NCBI GenBank assembly: GCA_963791045.1
Contig: CAWBQK010000017.1
Coordinates: 192,001-256,000, forward strand
From: Candidatus Latescibacterota bacterium
GTDB lineage: Bacteria; Krumholzibacteriota; Krumholzibacteriia; WVZY01
Length of the DNA stretch: 64,000 nucleotides
Direction: 5' to 3'
Part shown: positions 9,092 to 18,783 of the stretch, one piece after another
How positions within the stretch are numbered: position 1 is the stretch's first letter
Layout: each line of letters starts with the position of its first letter
The notes under the pieces: model-generated
What the model saw: the letters and a program-made list of their open reading frames with translations, nothing else
What the model was told of the DNA's origin: nothing
Database searches by the model: none
Translations under genes and position numbers: made by a program

Positions 9092-11137
9092 TCAGTCGAT
9101 TTCCGTGGACAGCTTTGTGAAGGCTTTTGAGGAGACCGCCCGTTCGCCCGTCGTTTTATCAAGAACGGTGATGCTGATCATATAGTCGCCCGGATCGAGG
9201 TCGTCTATGTCGATAGCGATGCGTTCATGCGTGGTGTGGTTCGATCCCGTCCGGGTCAACGTCTGGGACAGGGTGGGGTCCGGGTCCGAATCCATTCGGA
9301 GGAGCCACTTCATCCCTCGGCCAATTTGTTCCCAACGGCTGGAGGATTCGGAGGCCGCGTATATAGAATATGTCACGTCGTAGTTCGAGACGAGACGTGA
9401 AAGCCCGAGGTTGTAGATCTCGATGTAGGTTTCGACCATTTCGGCGGGGCGATAGGCGCGCGACGGATTTGGCGTCAGGGTCTCGCCGAAACGCTCGATG
9501 ACAGGAGTTGGCGAGTCCGCGGCGGGTTGAGCCTCGAAAAGTATGTCGCTCAAGCAAAGCGAACTCTTGAGATACTTCACCGTATTGGTCTCGGACCAGT
9601 GGATCGACTGGGAGAGACCGCGCTCGTCCTCGAAGCAAAAGGACACCAGATAGGCGTCGAAAGGAAGTTCGAACGAGCGAACCACACAGCGATTCTGGCC
9701 AAAGGGGCCGGCACGGGGTGGTATGGCTTCGGCCGCAAGAGTGTCCGCGTCCCGTGTTTCGGGCCTGCCTGTGATGTCGTAAAAGGTTGTTCGCGCGATG
9801 TAAGAATCTATATCCCAGGTCCACAACGCTTCCGCAAGACTGTCGGCGTCCACGGCGAATGCGACGTATACCGAGGTTGCGAGATCGGAGTCCCGGAACG
9901 CAACGACGTCAAGCACGCCCGGTATGAGAATCGTTTCGGGGATGATCTCCGTGACCGGAGGATCATTGAAGAGACTCTGCGCCGAAAAGGAATAAGCGTA
10001 GTCCATTGGGATGATGTAGTTGCCGTTGAGGAACTCGTCTCGAAAATGAAATGTGAAACCCTCGGGCGGAGCGTAGTAACTCCAGATTTCCATCCGGCCG
10101 TCCGTGGGCGTCAGGCCGCCGCCAAGGGTCGTGCGCATGTGCGTGGGCCAACCGAACTTGATCAGCGCGCGGCCGCGTTCGCTATGACGACCGTCGATAG
10201 CCGGCGATTCGAGGGTGTAACGAATTTCGGCCTGATAGACCCGGTAAACATGTTCCAGGAATCGTTCGTTGATCTCCGTTGTGGGGTCGGGGTCCTGCCG
10301 AAGCCAGTAAAGGCGCTGCACCGTCGCGCGTTCATTAATCCCCGTGGAATCGTATTTTTTCTTCGCGTCACCTGTTAGAAGCATTCCGATGTCCCTGTAC
10401 TCGTAATACTCATCGTCGGAAAGCGCGTCGAGAGCGATCTTGAAGTGGGTCCAGGACGCCTCGTACTTTTTTTGTTCGTAGTAGATAGTTCCGAGGATAA
10501 AGTCCGGGTTGGGGTCATCGGGATGGTATTGACGGTAGGCTTCGCAGGTCTTCAAAACAAAAGTGGTATCGCCGAGTGCGTACCGCGAGAAGGCCAGCTT
10601 GAAAAAAGCGTCCTCGTTCTCGGGGGAACAGGTGGTGACGCGACTCAAGTGGTCGACGGCTTCCGGAAGGTATTCTGTGTAGAGTTGGACACGTTTCCAT
10701 TTGCGGTAGGCGTTGCTTCCAAGATAGTAACGAGCGATGCAGTTGTCGGGGTCGAGCTCGTGGGCGCGCTCGAACATGCGCTGTGCGTCACCATAGAATG
10801 TCTGCTCGTAGTAGGTCTTGCCCAACTCGGCGATGATGTCGGGGTCGTCGGGATATTTGCTCAAACCCTTTTCGAGGACGCGCTGCGAGCACATGCGCTC
10901 ACGAATGGTGTCGTTCCGTCTATGGAGATCTCCCAGGAGTACATATTCATCTGACGTTGCTTCTGAACCGGCCACCCTCGATTCGAGAACCTCGATGGCG
11001 TGTGTGGTGTCTCCCTCGGCGAGGGCGGTGTTGGCTCGGTCGATCGCCCGCAAAGTCGTGTTGCGGCGGTGCGAACAGCCCAGCTGAAGAAGTTGAACGC
11101 ACGCAAAAACAAAAATGACTATGGCGAATCGTTTCAT
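9092..11137 (-). CDS. TPR + GWxTD-domain lipoprotein
   Basis: Lipobox LGC; N-terminal TPRs; YWLRQDPDPTTEINERFLEHVYRVYQA...DGRHSERGRALIKFGWP (GWxTD family block, motif degenerate); Ig-like C-terminus. Confidence 0.85.
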   Translation of the reverse strand: MKRFAIVIFVFACVQLLQLGCSHRRNTTLRAIDRANTALAEGDTTHAIEVLESRVAGSEATSDEYVLLGDLHRRNDTIRERMCSQRVLEKGLSKYPDDPDIIAELGKTYYEQTFYGDAQRMFERAHELDPDNCIARYYLGSNAYRKWKRVQLYTEYLPEAVDHLSRVTTCSPENEDAFFKLAFSRYALGDTTFVLKTCEAYRQYHPDDPNPDFILGTIYYEQKKYEASWTHFKIALDALSDDEYYEYRDIGMLLTGDAKKKYDSTGINERATVQRLYWLRQDPDPTTEINERFLEHVYRVYQAEIRYTLESPAIDGRHSERGRALIKFGWPTHMRTTLGGGLTPTDGRMEIWSYYAPPEGFTFHFRDEFLNGNYIIPMDYAYSFSAQSLFNDPPVTEIIPETILIPGVLDVVAFRDSDLATSVYVAFAVDADSLAEALWTWDIDSYIARTTFYDITGRPETRDADTLAAEAIPPRAGPFGQNRCVVRSFELPFDAYLVSFCFEDERGLSQSIHWSETNTVKYLKSSLCLSDILFEAQPAADSPTPVIERFGETLTPNPSRAYRPAEMVETYIEIYNLGLSRLVSNYDVTYSIYAASESSSRWEQIGRGMKWLLRMDSDPDPTLSQTLTRTGSNHTTHERIAIDIDDLDPGDYMISITVLDKTTGERAVSSKAFTKLSTEID

Positions 11138-11229
11138 TTTATATGACAAGGCCATGTTCGGAGCTACCGGCGGGGGATAGTCACAATACAATTGTAAAAC
11201 GTGAGGGCCATCCGGGACGAATGTTTTTC

Positions 11230-11263
11230 AAAAAAAAGAGGGCCCGGTGGAACCCGGACCCTC
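11230..11263 (-). terminator. Intrinsic terminator
   Basis: Minus strand GAGGGUCCGG-guucca-CCGGGCCCUC-U8. Confidence 0.85.
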
Positions 11264-11287
11264 ATGTTTGGTTTTTGCAAAATGTCG

Positions 11288-11668
11288 CTAGATGTTCTGG
11301 TCGACGTGTATCGTACTGTCTCTGTCACGGAAAGTGACGCCCAACGGTGCGGCTTTGTTGGATGTAACGATCCGGAAAGTCACCGTTGCGCCTGATGCGA
11401 TCGGTTTGTCGCCGGTCCTGAACATGACGCTGTCACCGGTCGAGATTCCCACCCATCCTTTGGGTGCATAAATGTCGGTGATAGAGCCGGAATCGTCGGC
11501 GAGATTGATGCCGTAGATCGTCTTGTCGGCGCCACTAACTTTGACGAGGAGCACTGTCTCCGCGCCGGTCTCGGCGAATATGCTCTTTGTTACGACGGGC
11601 TCAGCGGAAAGAACCGGCGTGGCAAGAAAAACACATATCGCGAGGATCATCAAAGTTGAACGAAGCAT
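11288..11668 (-). CDS. Small secreted hypothetical beta-rich protein
   Basis: SD AAGGAGG; signal peptide ending VLSA; own terminator. Confidence 0.8.
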   Translation of the reverse strand: MLRSTLMILAICVFLATPVLSAEPVVTKSIFAETGAETVLLVKVSGADKTIYGINLADDSGSITDIYAPKGWVGISTGDSVMFRTGDKPIASGATVTFRIVTSNKAAPLGVTFRDRDSTIHVDQNI

Positions 11669-11970
11669 GATGGACCTCCTTGGGTGCTGTGTACTAAGGA
11701 CGCTAATGCTGTTGAAGTCTAAGCGGTTGCCCCTCTGATCTCAAGTGTCACATAAAGTGAGGGTCGGATCGTCCTCTCACGCACTCGATTCGGCTCAAAA
11801 CGGGCAGCCAATCTTGTCAAAATTGATAATTAATTGTACCACATTTGCGTGGGACTTGTCGAGCATGGAAATCAGTATTTGATTTCGCAACACGCTGTTT
11901 AATAACGGGTTATAGATGGTCCTGCCGGTGGGGCAGGGGGGTAGTGATCGATGGCGATCCGGAAGCGAAA

Positions 11971-13806
11971 TCAGACAATTCCGTCGATGATGCGAAGCGC
12001 GGCCTCGTGCCGCCCGAATGGCGGCATGATATAGGCGCCCTTGACGCGTTCGAGCGTCATGCAGTCCTTGAGGGCGTCGCGCGCGATGTCGATACCCTGG
12101 GTTCTGGACTTCTCGCCGGCTGGAGCTGATTTCATAAGGTCGCGGATACGTCCGGGAATCTGCATCCCGGGAACCTCGTTGTGGAGGAACTCGGCGTTCT
12201 TGTAGCTGCTCAGCGGAAGCAGGCCCACGAGGACGGGAATATCGGATCCCTTTGTCCGATCGAGGAAATCCTCGAGCAGTTTTGCTTCGTACACGGGCTG
12301 CGTGAGGACGAACTCGGCCCCCGCGGCGATCTTCTCGTTGAAACGCCGCACCTCGGTGTCGAGATCGACCGCCCCGGGGTTGGCGCCGACACCGATGGCA
12401 AAACTCGTGGCCGAGCCGAGTGGGTTGCCGGCGAGATCGAGCCCCTGGTTCATGTTTTTTACAATGCGGGTGAGACCGATCGAATCGACGTCGAATACGG
12501 CGGTGGCGCTGGGATAGTCGCCGAGCTTGGGTGGGTCGCCGGTGATGATGAGGACGTTCCTGAGACCGATGGCGTGGGCCCCGATGAGATCCGCCTGCAT
12601 CCCGAGGAGATTGCGGTCACGGCAGCAGTAGTGGAGCAGGGTCTCGATACCGACGTCGCGCTCGATAAGCGTTGCCAGGGCCATCGGACTCATCCTGGCG
12701 CTGGCACGGGGGCCGTCGGCAATATTGATAACGTGTACGCCGTGAACCCGCAACTGGCGCGCCGCCTCGAGGGATTGGGTGGGATCGAGCCCCTTTGGAG
12801 GATCGATCTCGACGCTGATAACGAATTCCTTCGAGAGCGCGTTGGCGAAACGGCTCCTCAGCGGAAGGGGCGTCTCTGGGATGGTCTTTGCTTCTTTTTC
12901 AGCGCGCGGCGCTTCGGCTACCTGGTAGTGAACGGGACGAAGCGCGCGGATCGCGCTCGCCATTGCCTTGATATGGTCGGGCGTCGTCCCACAGCAGCCG
13001 CCGATCAGCGACACACCACTCTGAATAAAACGTTTGGCGTACTCCGCCATGTATTCGGGGGAAGTGAGATAAATGAACCGACTCTCGACGAGCCGGGGCG
13101 CGCCGGCATTCGGCATCGCGGAAAGGGTCTTGTCTGAAATCTGTCGCATCTTCTCGATGATCTCGAGCATCGGTTGTGGGCCGATGCTGCAGTTGCACCC
13201 GAGGGCCGCGAGGTCATAGCCGCTGAGTTCTTCGACAACATGTTCGGGGGACTGCCCCATGAGGGTTTGCCCCTCGTCGGAGAAGGTGAGCTGTGCGACG
13301 ATGGGGAGATCGCAAACGGCCTGTGTCGCCTCGATGGCAATTTTGATTTCTTCGATACTCGGGATTGTCTCGATGATAAAGAGGTCAACGTCATTGGCCA
13401 GCGCAGCCGCCTGTTCACGGAACGCCTCGAAGGCCTGGTCATTCGTGATCTTGCCGAGCGGACGAAGGGGTTTGCCCAGAGGGCCGATCGAAGCAGCGAC
13501 AAACGTTTTCTTTCCGGCCGCCTTGCGGGCCAGCTCTACGCCCTTTTTGTTTATGGATTCCACCCGGTCTTCGAGCCCGTAGGGCGCCAGTTTGTATCGG
13601 TTGGCGCCAAAGGTGTTGGTCTCGATGATCTCCGCCCCGGCATCGATGTAGTGTTCGTGCAGTTCCTGAACGAGTGCGGGCCGGGTCAGGTTCAGCTCAT
13701 CAAAACAGGTATTTATAAAAATACCCTTGGTGTAGAGCATGGTTCCGATTGCACCGTCCGCCAGCACGATTCGTTCTGCGAGTTCTCCGCGGATATCACG
13801 TGACAT
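11971..13806 (-). CDS. yitJ: Bifunctional homocysteine S-methyltransferase / methylenetetrahydrofolate reductase
   Basis: DGAIGT, ETNTFGAN, GCNC, IGGCCGTTPDHI; C-half VEIDPPK, IADGPRASARM, CCRDRNLLG, ITGDPPK. Confidence 0.93.
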   Translation of the reverse strand: MSRDIRGELAERIVLADGAIGTMLYTKGIFINTCFDELNLTRPALVQELHEHYIDAGAEIIETNTFGANRYKLAPYGLEDRVESINKKGVELARKAAGKKTFVAASIGPLGKPLRPLGKITNDQAFEAFREQAAALANDVDLFIIETIPSIEEIKIAIEATQAVCDLPIVAQLTFSDEGQTLMGQSPEHVVEELSGYDLAALGCNCSIGPQPMLEIIEKMRQISDKTLSAMPNAGAPRLVESRFIYLTSPEYMAEYAKRFIQSGVSLIGGCCGTTPDHIKAMASAIRALRPVHYQVAEAPRAEKEAKTIPETPLPLRSRFANALSKEFVISVEIDPPKGLDPTQSLEAARQLRVHGVHVINIADGPRASARMSPMALATLIERDVGIETLLHYCCRDRNLLGMQADLIGAHAIGLRNVLIITGDPPKLGDYPSATAVFDVDSIGLTRIVKNMNQGLDLAGNPLGSATSFAIGVGANPGAVDLDTEVRRFNEKIAAGAEFVLTQPVYEAKLLEDFLDRTKGSDIPVLVGLLPLSSYKNAEFLHNEVPGMQIPGRIRDLMKSAPAGEKSRTQGIDIARDALKDCMTLERVKGAYIMPPFGRHEAALRIIDGIV

Positions 13807-14032
13807 CAAATATTCCTTGGTCAGGGGGGCCAAAATGCCGAAAAGGAGACTTCCGAATACTAATTATAACCCGGGGGGAACGCAAACTAAACTCTTTGGG
13901 TTCAACGGCTCGGGTAACGTCGAGCGTCCCGGGGTCGTCCGGGGTCCGCAAAATGGCTTGGCAACCCGCCCAATCTTTTATATTATTATTTAACAGGCTG
14001 TTCCACCCCTGGCTAGAGATTGGAAATCATCA

Positions 14033-16042
14033 ATGATACGTTTCAAATATCTCGTGGCATTCGCGGCTGCGATTCTATTTGTGTTTGCGTCCCCATCCGC
14101 CGGGAAGGCGCAGGAGCGGCATGACGCCGCTGAATTTGCCAAGCAAGAATTGTCTCGATACCGCAGGGTCCGCGAAAGGATGCTTCTCGACTCGATCAGG
14201 AAGGCCGAAGTGGACCAGTCGATTTTTGACGCCCTTCACTACGAGCTCGTGTTGGACGTCGATCCGGTGTCCGAGTCGATTTCGGGCACGCTCGGATTGA
14301 CGGCCCTCGCCACTGCCGGCTCGCCGTCGAATATTGTTCTCGACCTTGCTGATAGTCTGACTGTGACGGGTGCGCGTGAGGGCGGGGTCTCGAGCGTTTT
14401 CACGCACGAGGACGATTTGTTGACGATCGATCTTGCATGGGACTACGCGGTCGGGGATACCATCCGCATCGAAGTCGATTACGGCGGAGAACCTACCGGC
14501 CTGAACGAGGAACTCTATTCCAACGCGTTTTCGTTTGACCGGCACGGTCCCGATTATGAAAATCGGAACCAGGTGGTCATCTATACCATAAGCGAGACAA
14601 ATTTTGCGCGCGCCTGGTGGCCGTGCAAGGACGTTCTCGATGACAAGGCGACGACGCGGCTTCATATCACCGTTCCAGATACGCTGGTGGTGGCGTCTAA
14701 TGGACTTCTCGAGTCCGAGACAGCCATCGACGGCGGCAAGAAAACATATGTGTGGCACGAACGGTATCCGATCGCCACGTATCTGGTTTCGCTCGCCATA
14801 TCCAACTACGAAGTGTTTGAAGATTATTATCATTACACAGCGCTCGACTCGATGCCCGTTACGTATTTTGTGTACCCGGAGGATCTTGAGGCCGCCCAGG
14901 TGGATTTTGCCGTTACGGTTCCGATGATCGAATTTTTTTCCGGGCTGTTTGGCGAATACCCGTTTATCGAAGAGAAATACGGGATGGCCGAGTTTGGTTG
15001 GGGCGGTGCCATGGAGCACCAGACGTGTACCAGTATGAGCGCGGGAATGATCCGTGGGGACGGCAGCCGTGCCTGGGTTATCGCGCACGAACTCGCTCAC
15101 CAGTGGTACGGCGATCTGGTATCGCCCGCAACCTGGGAGGACATTTGGCTCAATGAAGGTTTCGCGACGTACTGCGAGGCGCTTTGGCGCGAGTACACGG
15201 AAGGGTTTGAAGCGTACAAGGAAGACATCACGCGCCGGCGCTCGAGGTTCGGATTCCGCGGAACGCTCTACGATCCGGACGATCTTTTTGGGATTACGGT
15301 GTACTGGAAGGGATGTTGGGTTCTACACATGCTCAGGCACGTCATGGGCGACGAGGCGTTTTTCAATTCGCTCCGCGATCATGCGTCCGATCCGGCGCAC
15401 AGTTACAAGAACGCGACGACGGCGGGATTCCAGAGTATCTGCGAGCGCAACTACGAGGGGAGCCTCGCATGGTTTTTTGACAGGTGGGTGTACGGCACCG
15501 GCGAACCGCGGTACGCGTACTACTGGAACCAGCGCGAAACCGGCGGGCGATTTACGATTGACGTCACATTGAAACAGACGCAGGCGGAAGGTCTGTTTGC
15601 GATGCCCGTGGATTTCCGTTTTGCCACAACCGCGGGAGACACGACGATAACGGTGTGGAACTCAGAACGGCTCGAACACTATGAATTCAGCTTTCTCGAT
15701 CGTGTCAGCGCGGTAGCATTCGATCCGGACGAGTGGATTTTGAAAGATTCCGAGGAGCGGGGAATCGAGGCGGTGTCGATGGGAATTACCCCGAATCCCT
15801 TCAACGCGGCGACGCGGATCTCTTTTGAGTTGAGCGTGCCCGGTCAAATCGAGATCGACATCTTTGATGTGACGGGCGCTCGCGTGACGGTCCTCGACAA
15901 GAAACAGGTACCACCCGGTTATCACGAAGTGGTATGGGATGGCAAAAACAGTTCGGGTCAAATGGTGTCGTCGGGGGTATACTTCGTGCGGTTGCAGACG
16001 CCCCAGGGCGGTCAGGTAAAAAAAGCGGTGTTTCTCAAGTAA
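14033..16042 (+). CDS. Secreted M1 family aminopeptidase with FlgD-Ig/T9SS-type-A-like C-terminal domain
   Basis: GAMEH, HELAHQW...WLNEGFA, YWKG; tail PNPFNAATRISFEL...WDGKNSSG...SGVYFVRL...KKAVFLK. Confidence 0.93.
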   Translation: MIRFKYLVAFAAAILFVFASPSAGKAQERHDAAEFAKQELSRYRRVRERMLLDSIRKAEVDQSIFDALHYELVLDVDPVSESISGTLGLTALATAGSPSNIVLDLADSLTVTGAREGGVSSVFTHEDDLLTIDLAWDYAVGDTIRIEVDYGGEPTGLNEELYSNAFSFDRHGPDYENRNQVVIYTISETNFARAWWPCKDVLDDKATTRLHITVPDTLVVASNGLLESETAIDGGKKTYVWHERYPIATYLVSLAISNYEVFEDYYHYTALDSMPVTYFVYPEDLEAAQVDFAVTVPMIEFFSGLFGEYPFIEEKYGMAEFGWGGAMEHQTCTSMSAGMIRGDGSRAWVIAHELAHQWYGDLVSPATWEDIWLNEGFATYCEALWREYTEGFEAYKEDITRRRSRFGFRGTLYDPDDLFGITVYWKGCWVLHMLRHVMGDEAFFNSLRDHASDPAHSYKNATTAGFQSICERNYEGSLAWFFDRWVYGTGEPRYAYYWNQRETGGRFTIDVTLKQTQAEGLFAMPVDFRFATTAGDTTITVWNSERLEHYEFSFLDRVSAVAFDPDEWILKDSEERGIEAVSMGITPNPFNAATRISFELSVPGQIEIDIFDVTGARVTVLDKKQVPPGYHEVVWDGKNSSGQMVSSGVYFVRLQTPQGGQVKKAVFLK

Positions 16043-16074
16043 TTCGAACCCGGCGTCCGGAGTCAGGGAGGGCC

Positions 16075-16779
16075 ATGAAACGGATTGTATTTTTTGTTCT
16101 GTTGATTGTGTTTGTCGGCGTTGGTCTTCTCAAGTCTGAGGTCGTCTACCTCAAGGACGGCTCGACGCTGAAGGGCACCGTGAAGAAGATGTCGGGGGAC
16201 ACACTCTATTTTGAGGCCTCGTTCGGTTCGCTGATGAAAATATCGAAAGACAAGATAGTCAGGATCGACTTTGCGGAGGGCTCGTCCGTTGTGTCGCCCG
16301 GGCCGCCGCCGGCTGTGGAGGAGAGTGGAGCGAGCGCCGAGCCTGGGAGCTTGATGGTCGTTTTCGAGAAAGTCAAATTTACCAGTAAAATTTCGGTCAA
16401 GCGTGATCGTGATCGCGAAGGACACGAACGCGAGAACGCCATCGAGATGAGGCTCATGCTTGAAGGGAATACAATTTATTCGTTGATCGATTCGACGACT
16501 GACAAGGTCATTGCGAATGGTCCCGAAACAACACTGCGAAATGATATCGAACCACAGGCGTTTTCCCTCGCATTGGCTCCGGGAATGTATCAGGGGGCGC
16601 TCCGTATCGGGAACACGCGGATAGACAAATACGCCGAACGGTTTGATCCGGAACCGCTCGACAAACTCCTTGTCCTGGACAACTTGAAGATAAAGCCGAA
16701 CGAGACGCTCGTGGTTCGCGTGACGGTAAAGAAGAAATTGCTGGGGCTGAAGAAGTCAGATATGTCGCGCCAACAGTGA
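16075..16779 (+). CDS. Secreted hypothetical protein
   Basis: SD GGGAGG; signal peptide; N-terminal 'VYLKDGSTLKGTV' SH3/LSm-like strand pattern; Pro linker. Confidence 0.7.
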   Translation: MKRIVFFVLLIVFVGVGLLKSEVVYLKDGSTLKGTVKKMSGDTLYFEASFGSLMKISKDKIVRIDFAEGSSVVSPGPPPAVEESGASAEPGSLMVVFEKVKFTSKISVKRDRDREGHERENAIEMRLMLEGNTIYSLIDSTTDKVIANGPETTLRNDIEPQAFSLALAPGMYQGALRIGNTRIDKYAERFDPEPLDKLLVLDNLKIKPNETLVVRVTVKKKLLGLKKSDMSRQQ

Positions 16780-16796
16780 CGGGTAGTGTGTAGGGA

Positions 16797-17933
16797 TTAT
16801 TCGGACAGATTATCGAGCGCCTGTGTGAGAAGTTCACGCAGGCGTTCATCCGTTCCGGCCCGGTCTAGTGACTGCCCAAACGCGACAAGCGCGTTGTCAT
16901 GCTCGCCTTTTATTCGGTAAAGATTCCCGAGGTAGTAATAGACCCATGCGTTGTCCGGGTCGATTGCCAACGCCTCACGAAAACTATGTTCGGATGCGTC
17001 AAAATCGCCTGTTGCCGCGAACACGCGGCCGAGATTTGTGTGTGCGTCGGCGTATTCGGAACGGAGTTGGATTGCCCTGCGATACTCAGCTGCGGCGGCG
17101 GGATAATCTTTTTGTTTGGAGTAAAGGTCTCCGAGAATCTTGTGCGCTTCGGCAAGTTCGGGTTCGATTTCCAACGCCCTCTTGAGCGCCTCTTCGGCTT
17201 GTACCGGCCTGTCGAGGGCCGTGTAGCATTCTCCAATTCCCATGTAAGCGTCGGCGTGGTTTGGATTCTCCTGCACGACCTTTTGATATTCGGCTGCGGC
17301 GTCTTCGTAGAGTCCCTTCTGATAGAAAATCATACCGAGCCCCAGGCGGCCCTCGATCGAATTCGGGTCGGATTTCAAACCTCGATAAAGGTAAAACGTC
17401 GCCTGGTGAACCTTGCCCGTCTTGGCATACACCCATCCGAGATAGATATACGCTTCGGCATAGGAGGGCTTGATGGTAATGGCGTTGATAAGACTTTCTT
17501 CGGCGCCGTCGTAATCCCCGGTCTCCATCCGGAGCTTGCCCTGGCCCGTCAGCGCTTCGTGAAAGTCGTTTTTCAAACGGATGGCCACATCGTATTCGCG
17601 CGCGGCCGCCTGGTACGATCCCATTGCCGCATAGGTTTCGCCCAACCCATAATGAAGGATCGGATCAGAGGGATAGGCCTCGAGGGCGATTTTGAAATGT
17701 TCGACCGCGGAATCATAATTGCCCACATAATAGTAAGCGACCCCAAGATTGAGATGGGTGTCCGGGTCGTCTTCTCGGTAAGTCAGAGATTTTTCAAAAT
17801 TTTCGACGGCTGCTTCGGGGTCGTCCTGCTCGATGGAGTCGATGCCCTGGTTGTAGTACAAAAGCGCCTTATCCTGGCATGCGGGGAGCAGTATTACCGC
17901 GACGAGTAGGAATAGAATTGTTGATGTTTTCAT
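16797..17933 (-). CDS. TPR lipoprotein
   Basis: Lipobox LPAC followed by ~10 tandem TPRs. Confidence 0.88.
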   Translation of the reverse strand: MKTSTILFLLVAVILLPACQDKALLYYNQGIDSIEQDDPEAAVENFEKSLTYREDDPDTHLNLGVAYYYVGNYDSAVEHFKIALEAYPSDPILHYGLGETYAAMGSYQAAAREYDVAIRLKNDFHEALTGQGKLRMETGDYDGAEESLINAITIKPSYAEAYIYLGWVYAKTGKVHQATFYLYRGLKSDPNSIEGRLGLGMIFYQKGLYEDAAAEYQKVVQENPNHADAYMGIGECYTALDRPVQAEEALKRALEIEPELAEAHKILGDLYSKQKDYPAAAAEYRRAIQLRSEYADAHTNLGRVFAATGDFDASEHSFREALAIDPDNAWVYYYLGNLYRIKGEHDNALVAFGQSLDRAGTDERLRELLTQALDNLSE

Positions 17934-18027
17934 AGGGGGGAAGCTAAAGGAAAGTGATGGCGAGTTCAAGGAGATTCTTGGGAGGCACAAAGAGGCGGGA
18001 GCATCGAGATCCCGCCCCTATTTATGT

Positions 18028-18783
18028 TCAGCCGTCGCCTTTCATTTTCTTCAAAAACGGTTCGAAGAGATCTATTGGAACCGGGAAGATCATTGTCGAG
18101 TTCTTTTCCGACGCAACCTCGGTCAATGTCTGCAAGAATCTCAGCTGCAAGGTGATGGTGTTTTGCCCGAGAATGTTCGCCGCTTCGTAGAGCTTTTGAG
18201 ACGCCTGGAACTCGCCGTCCGCATGAATAACCTTGGCCCGTCGCTCGCGCTCCGCCTCCGCCTGGCGCGCGATGGCACGCTGCATTTCGACGGGGAGGTC
18301 GACGTGCTTGATTTCAACGAGCGAAACCTTGATGCCCCAGGAATCGGTTTGTTCGTCGATTATCCGTTGCAAGCGTGAATTGATGTCATCGCGTTCGGCG
18401 AGCAGCTGGTCGAGTTCGGCCTGACCCAGGACCGATCGAAGCGTCGTTTGCGCGAGTTGTGTCGTGGCGTAGAGAAAGTCCTCGACTTCGACAATCGCTT
18501 TGTCCGCCGCCATCACCCGGAAATATACGACGGCGTTTACCTTCACCGAGACGTTGTCTTTGGTGATTACGTCCTGGGGGGCGACATCCATCGCGACGAC
18601 GCGGAGGCTCACCCTGACCATTCGATCGATTATCGGAATCAGAATAACCAACCCGGGCCCCTTGACGCCGACCAGGCGCCCCAGTCGGAAGATGACTGCG
18701 CGTTCATATTCCCGGAGGACTCGAATCGCGCTGGCAACAACGAGAAGCACGATTAACACGAATACAATCAGTGGCAGACCCAC
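18028..18783 (-). CDS. SPFH/stomatin (slipin) family protein
   Basis: [53 protein letters not shown]. Confidence 0.95.
   Translation of the reverse strand: MGLPLIVFVLIVLLVVASAIRVLREYERAVIFRLGRLVGVKGPGLVILIPIIDRMVRVSLRVVAMDVAPQDVITKDNVSVKVNAVVYFRVMAADKAIVEVEDFLYATTQLAQTTLRSVLGQAELDQLLAERDDINSRLQRIIDEQTDSWGIKVSLVEIKHVDLPVEMQRAIARQAEAERERRAKVIHADGEFQASQKLYEAANILGQNTITLQLRFLQTLTEVASEKNSTMIFPVPIDLFEPFLKKMKGDG

Noticed and set aside
13807-14032. SAM or cobalamin riboswitch upstream of yitJ
   Set aside because: No recognisable aptamer core; only divergent promoter-like hexamers.
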